Notes under the pieces: model-generated | Databases searched by the model: none | Told to the model about the DNA's origin: nothing | The model's input: the letters and a program-made list of their open reading frames with translations, nothing else | Made by a program: the position numbers and the translations under genes | NCBI GenBank assembly: GCA_963812465.1 | Contig: CAWEVE010000012.1 | Location: forward strand, 9,104 to 73,103 | Length of the DNA: 64,000 bases | Source: Terriglobia bacterium | GTDB lineage: Bacteria > Acidobacteriota > Terriglobia > Terriglobales > Acidobacteriaceae | Direction of reading: 5' to 3' | Shown here: in pieces, positions 58,624-64,000 of the stretch | Position numbering within the stretch: position 1 is the first letter of the stretch | How the letters are laid out: each line of letters starts with the position of its first letter

Positions 58624-60776
58624 ATGACTCAGTTTTCCGACGAGCGCGGCGCGGAGATGCGGGAACTCTTTTTCGAGACCTCCCAGGAACTGCTGCAGTC
58701 GCTGAACGACGAGGCGCTGAAGCTTGAAAAGAACCCCGCCGACGTCGAACTGGTGCGCAGCATCCGCCGCATCGTCCACACCCTCAAAGGGTGACGCCGC
58801 AGCTTGCGGCTTTCGGGAGTTAAGCAATACCGCGCACGCACTGGAAGACGCTCTGGCCCTGGAGTCCGCGGCCTCGCATGGCGGCCTGGCGGAGGTGGCG
58901 TTTGCAGCCGCGGACACCTTCGGGGCCATGCTGGCGGCCTATCGCCGCAAAGGCAAGCTGCCCTCGGCCGCGCCTTTGGCGAAAATGGTCAGCGAGCTCT
59001 CGAAGCAAAGCAAAGCCCGGCAAAGCGCTCCAAGAAGAAGACGGCTGCGAGTCGCCTTCGTTCCCGCGGTCTGGACCGAATACGAAAAGCTGGCGATCCA
59101 GAACGCAGTCTCGCAGGGCAGGAACGTGTACCACGTCACCGCCGGCATCGATCCAAAATGCGTGATGCCCGTCGCGGCCCGGCAACTGGTGATGAATGCG
59201 TTGAAGCCATCGGGTGAGGTTCTGGCCACCCGGCCCGAGGCCGGTTCGCCCGAGAGCACCAGGCGTTTGGAGCTGCTGGTGGCCAGCGAAAAGCCGAAGG
59301 AACAACTGGCCGCACAATGCCGCATCCCAACGGTCATCGCGAGAGTTAGCGTCGAGCTGATTCATGAAGCTGCGCCCAAACCGAAGAAAGCCGCTCCCGC
59401 AGAGGACACGGAAAAAGCTGAGGCTTCTTCTCCGGCCAATCCGGCAGCTGCCGAGTCCGAACCGCATGCGGCAGGCAAGGCCAATCACACCCCAGCTCTG
59501 GCGGAAAACATTCTGCGTGTCGATGCCGAACGCATCGACAACGTGCTCAACCTGGTGGGGGAGTTGATCATCGGCAGGTCCATGTTGCAGCAGGCATTCA
59601 CCGAATTTGCCCGGCACGTTCCCAAGGAGACCCTGCGCGGCCGCTTCTCCGACGCCATGTCGTTTCAGTCACGCGTGCTGAGTGATCTGCAGCGCTCGGT
59701 GATGAAGATCCGCATGGTTCCGGTCGAGCAGCTTTTCCGCCGCTTTCCCCGGGTGGTGCGCGACGTTGCCAAGCAATGCGGCAAGGACGTGGAACTGGTC
59801 ATAAGCGGCCAGGACACCGACCTGGACAAGAGCCTTCTGGATGTCATCGCCGAACCCCTGACCCATCTGGTTCGCAATGCGGTCAGCCACGGCATCGAGA
59901 GCCCCGAGGAGCGTCGTCCGCGCCGGGAAAGCGGCTCGTGGCACCATTCGTCTCACTTCGTACCACCAAGGCAATCAGGTGATCGTCGAGATCAGCGACG
60001 ACGGCCGCGGCATCGATTCGCAAAGAGTCAAGAACAAGGCTGTGGAGAAGGCGCTCATCACCGAGGAAGAAGCGGATCGTTTGGGCGAACATGAAATTCT
60101 CGCGCTCGTCTTCCGGCCTGGATTCAGCACCGCGGATGAAATCACCGAAGTTTCCGGCCGGGGCGTTGGCCTCGATGTGGTGCAAACCGTGTTGCATCGC
60201 CTGAAGGGCTCGGTGGACATCGAAACCCGCGCCGGCCAAAGCACAACCTTCCGCCTGAAGTTGCCGCTGACGCTGGCCATCATCAAGGCTCTGCTGTTCC
60301 GCGTGGAGCAGCGGCTGTACGCCGTCCCGCTGAATGCCGTGGCGGAAATTGCGCGCGCCCGGGAATCCGACGTGCACCAGGTACACCACTACGAAGTCTT
60401 GCAGATGCGCAACCAGGTTCTTCCCCTCATTCGCCTGGGGCGAGCGCCTGAGGTCGGGACCGACGATTCCAGAAAGATCTTTGTGCTGGTCATTTCCCTG
60501 GGCGAGCGCAAGCTGGGGCTGATCGTGGACAGTCTGGACGGAGAAGAAGAACTCGTCATCAAGGCGCTGGACGACCAGACCGTGGCTACCGACTTGATCA
60601 GTGGGGCTTCCATCCTGGGCGATGGCCGGGTGGTGCTCATCGTGAATCTTCCCGCCATTGTGGAGCGTTACAGCAAGTCTCGATCGCAACAGGCCGACGG
60701 CATTCTCTCCGGAATGTTGCTCTCTCATGCCGACCGGAAGAGTGCGGACCAGAGTCTGGCTGAGGTGCGCCCATGA
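58624..60776 (+). pseudogene. cheA: Chemotaxis histidine kinase CheA (frame breaks ~58790 and ~59910)
   Basis: HPt domain MTQFSDERGAEMRELFFETSQELL...IVHTLKG then DAAACGF, with an extra g in a ggg run. Dimerisation domain ILRVDAERIDNVLNLVGELII. ATPase motifs HLVRNAVSHGIE, DDGRGID, GRGVGLDVV. The C-terminus is a CheW-like domain. Confidence 0.9.
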
Positions 60777-61885
60777 GCCCGGTGCGCGTGCTGGTAGTGG
60801 ACGATTCCGCGCTCATGCGGAAGCTGATTCCGCAGATTCTGCAAACCGACAGCTCGATCGAAGTCGTCGGCACCGCGATGGACGGGAATTTCGGGCTCAA
60901 GAAAATCGAGGAACTGAAGCCGCAGGTTGTGACCCTTGACCTGGAAATGCCCGGCATGGGCGGACTCGACATGCTGAAGGAAATCATGCGCCGCCACCGC
61001 CTGCCGGTCATCGTCGTGAGTTCCCACAGCACCCAGGGCGCCTCGGTGACGCTGCAGGCGTTGTCGCTGGGAGCATTCGATTTTGTGGCCAAGCCGATTG
61101 ATGTTTCCGCTCGCATGCCGGAGATCGCGGCTGAACTCATCAGCAAGATCAAAGCTGCGGCCCAGAGTCGCGGGATAAAAGTCCGGCCCGTGGGTGAGGC
61201 TCCGCGGTCGGCCAAGAAAGCGCTTGCTCGACGCCAAGATGGCTCCGGCCAAAGTCATCGCCATCGGCGTCTCAACCGGAGGACCGCAGGCTTTGCAGTA
61301 CGTATTCTCACAGTTGCCGGCGGATTTTCCCGGCACCATCGTGGTCGTGCAACACATGCCCGAAGGGTTCACCGAAATGTTCGCCCGGCGTCTGGATGAA
61401 ATCTGCGCCATCCGGGTCAAAGAGGCCCAGTCGGGGGACGTCCTGCTGGCCGGGACGGGCACTGATCTGCCCGGGCAGCCGGCACCTGAAGGTTAAGCGT
61501 CTTGCCGCTCGGAGATGTAGCAGTATTGAGCGATGAGCCTCGGGTCAACGGACACCGCCCTTCGGCCGATGTGCTGTTCAAGAGCCTGGCCGAGGAATTC
61601 GGCTCCAAGGGCTTGGCGGTGCTGATGACGGGTATGGGCGACGACGGCGCGCAAGGCCTGGGCCTGGTCAAAGCCGCGGGCGGAATGACCATCGCTCAAA
61701 ACGAGGAATCCTGCGTGGTCTACGGCATGCCCAAAGCCGCCATCGATCGCGGCTTCGCGGTTCGGGTGGTGGGGTTGGACGTGCTGGCGAACACCTTGCA
61801 GGCACAGTGCACCTCCGACCGGAGAAACGGATCTGCCAACGAGCCCGGAGAAATCGGTAAGGGCAAGGGCGCGGGACAGGATTAG
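60773..61885 (+). pseudogene. cheB: Chemotaxis response regulator protein-glutamate methylesterase CheB (3 frame breaks: ~61.2 kb, ~61455, ~61500)
   Basis: ATG overlaps the cheA stop (ATGA). Receiver is VLVVDDSALMR...VVTLDLEMPGMGG. Esterase motifs are IAIGVSTGGPQAL, VVVQHMP, GHRPSADVLFKS and LTGMGDDGAQG. Confidence 0.9.
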
Positions 61886-62023
61886 CTGGAAGATCGGAAG
61901 ATTAGTCGACGATAGTGTGACGAGATTGGTGGAGAGTTGTCCGGTTCGAGAGATGCTGAGCCTGGGCAGTCAGGGCAGGAGAAGTGCAGTCAAACAATTT
62001 TTGCAGCAAAGGCAGGAGGGGTT

Positions 62024-62464
62024 ATGGAGCAGTTTGCATCTTTAAAGCGCAGCAAGGACGGTCAACCGGTCCGCTACCTGGTGGTGGACGATTCCGTCTT
62101 CGCCCGCAAGAATCTGGCCCGCATCGTCGAAACTTTTGGCGGCCAGGTGGCGGGCGAAGCCGGCGACGGCATGACCGCCATCACCGAATACGAACGCACC
62201 AATCCCGACATCGTGCTCATGGACATCACCATGCCGCAGATGGAAGGGATCGAGGCGGCGGAGAAGATCGTGGGCCAGCATCCTGAGGCCCGCATCGTCA
62301 TGGTGTCTTCCGTCGGATATCAGGAAAACATCGTGGCGGCGCTGCAGCGCGGAGCGCGTCACTTTGTGCAGAAGCCGGTCAAACCGGAAGTTCTGTACGA
62401 AGTGATCAAGTACGTATTGGGCGAGGACGGGGCGGTGGCCAACGCCGCAGGCGCGGGAGCCTAA
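62024..62464 (+). CDS. cheY: CheY-like single-domain response regulator
   Basis: Internal ATG at 62024 with an AGGAGG RBS. YLVVDDSVFARK...IVLMDITMPQMEG...VQKP. Confidence 0.85.
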   Translation: MEQFASLKRSKDGQPVRYLVVDDSVFARKNLARIVETFGGQVAGEAGDGMTAITEYERTNPDIVLMDITMPQMEGIEAAEKIVGQHPEARIVMVSSVGYQENIVAALQRGARHFVQKPVKPEVLYEVIKYVLGEDGAVANAAGAGA

Positions 62465-62466
62465 CG

Positions 62467-62968
62467 ATGAAGATGGAGCTGATCCAGCCGTTCATCAATG
62501 CGGCGGACGCCGTCCTGGCCCAGGGCCTGCAGTCTCCCATGTCCATTGGGAACCTCAGCATGGAGCAGGAAGCCTACCGGCGCAAAGGTGTGGCCGCGCT
62601 GGTCGCGCTTACCGGCGACATCGAAGGCAGGATCGTCTTCGATCTCGATCCCGAGACCGCGGTGCGCGTCGCCAGCCACTTCGCCGGCGCCGAACTTCCC
62701 GAGTCCGATGATCTGGTGCGCGAAACTGTTTGCGAACTGGCCAATCAGGTCACCGGAAATGCCATCACCTCGCTGAATGACCAGGGCTTCCATTTCCGCG
62801 TGCATCCGCCGATCGCTGCACACCTCCGAGCACGGCCCCACCAGCACTGAAGATACCGAAGCCTTGGTCATTTGCTTCGAAACCGGCATCGGCAACGTCT
62901 TCATGAACATCGCTCTGCGTTACAACGTCCAGCGGGCAGGCGAGATGGCGGCGGCAGCCGGCGAGTAA
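62467..62968 (+). pseudogene. cheX: CheX/CheC-like chemotaxis phosphatase (frame break ~62815)
   Basis: IQPFINAADAVL...GVAALVALTGDIEGRIVFDL...VCELANQVTGNAITSL is CheX/CheC-family-like. The C-terminal strand block EALVICFETGIGNVFMNIAL is in the next frame (ORF 62777-62968). Confidence 0.7.
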
Positions 62969-63086
62969 CTGCGGAGTTCAGACCGTAATCTCAACATCAA
63001 GCACAATCTTTTTCTCGCCGAGGCGTCACATCCGCAGTTGGACGTTTTCATGTTGGACACCTGATGTCGGACTTCCGATGTCGGCC

Positions 63087-64000
63087 TCACGGCCCAGGCA
63101 GGACGAATACAGGATTTTGCGGCAACGGATTTCCTCCGTTGGGCGGCGTGATCACGCTGAGCGGCGCCGGCATGTCGAGCACCTTGGTTTCGTCTGATGT
63201 CCGGATAATGCTGGTATTTCGCGCGTCACAATTGCCCACGTACACTTTCGAGCTGTCGGCGGCCGCGCCAATAAATAGCTCGAAGCGCACCGCGCCGCAA
63301 GCCGCCGGAACCGAATTCAGCGGGATGACGGTTCGCACGCTTCCGTCCGACGTGTTCACCACTGTGACCTGCGAAGTCGCGGTCCCGCCAACCGACGAAA
63401 CACTCGCTACGTAGGCCCGCGTACCATCCGGCAGCACCGCCACGGTAATCGGGCTGGCAGCCACCGGCACGGTGAACAAAACTGTTGGCGGATCCGCCGC
63501 GATGCTCAGGCCGGTCATGGTGTTGGCAACGGGATTGGTGACGTAGAGCCGGTTTAGCTTTCCGTCGTAGGTCATGAAATTCGCGCCCGCGCCTACCGGC
63601 ACATTGCTCAACACGCGCATCCGATGCGGTATCGATCGCCGAAAGCGTGCCGCTGCCGCTGTTGAGCACATAAACTCGGGCGCTGTCCGAGCGCGCCACA
63701 GCCCACACTGGAGTGGCCCCGGTTGCAATTGTCTGGACCACGGTCCGATCCACCAGGTCGATACTGCTGACGGTGCCGTCGCCCTCATTCACGGCATAAA
63801 GTTTCTTCTGATCAGGAGTCTCCGCCAGGGCTACGGGATTATTGCCCACCGCAATCAACGGACTCATCACCACGCTGTTTGAAGTCGAGATCGCGGCCAC
63901 CGTCTTGTTTCCAAAATTCGCGACGTAAACCGTGGCGTTCTCGGTCGTATGCACAAAGACCGGATTCGAGCCCGTCGCCAAGGATGTGGTGAAAACCGGC
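63087..64000 (-). pseudogene. YVTN-family beta-propeller repeat protein (5' end beyond the window; frame break ~63610)
   Basis: Repeated blades roughly 40 aa long: VYVANFGNKTVAAIST, LYAVNEGDGTVSSIDL, VYVLNSGSGTLSAIDT, LYVTNPVANTMTGLSI, AYVASVSSVGGT, VYVGNCDARNTSIIRT. The frame is open to position 64000. Confidence 0.75.

Overview
GC-rich bacterial chromosomal window. It has no transposase, integrase, phage or CRISPR content. Gene content and the palindromic intergenic elements suggest an Acidobacteriota (Terriglobia-like) genome; this is inference only.

Gene order, left to right:
- rfbB (3' end) and rfbD
- amtB-glnK-glnD nitrogen-sensing operon (minus strand)
- a two-gene cassette of unknown function behind a sigma-54-type promoter
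- an ABC exporter plus a cyclic-beta-1,2-glucan-synthase-like gene
- SDR oxidoreductase, a GAF-fused alpha-glucan phosphorylase, a CHASE3 histidine kinase, two Crp/Fnr regulators, a STAS protein, an M19 dipeptidase
- a tRNA-Sec (selC) hidden under an ORF call
- OYE flavin oxidoreductase, 1-Cys peroxiredoxin, a Ser/Thr kinase with a TolB-like propeller, PhzF, a receiver protein, an orphan ABC ATPase, tryptophan 2,3-dioxygenase
- tRNA-Gly, tRNA-Cys, Dps
- the aceE-aceF-lpdA pyruvate dehydrogenase operon
- an MscS-type channel, a REC-like/TonB_C protein, uvrB
- a sigma-54 signalling operon: multi-GAF/PAS kinase, receiver, NtrC-type activator, then three poorly characterised genes
- divergent from that operon, a near-consensus sigma-54 promoter followed by a complete chemosensory cluster: TonB_C protein, MCP, cheW, cheR, cheA, cheB, cheY, cheX

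The dominant technical observation is roughly 45-50 single-base frame breaks inside otherwise well-conserved genes, including essential ones (aceF, uvrB, glnD). Sequencing or assembly indels fit this better than real gene decay. Such genes are listed over their full reconstructed span as frame-disrupted (type pseudogene).

Many long ORFs in the six-frame track are antisense or alternate-frame shadows of real genes.

I did not find a convincing, wholly novel defence, toxin or biosynthetic system. The most interesting leads are:
- the sigma-54 wiring between the kinase/activator operon and the che cluster
- a short cyclic-glucan-synthase-like protein that appears to lack the phosphorylase domain, paired with an exporter
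- the GAF-phosphorylase fusion
- the overlooked tRNA-Sec
- two paralogous 50-aa ORFs
- three families of palindromic intergenic elements
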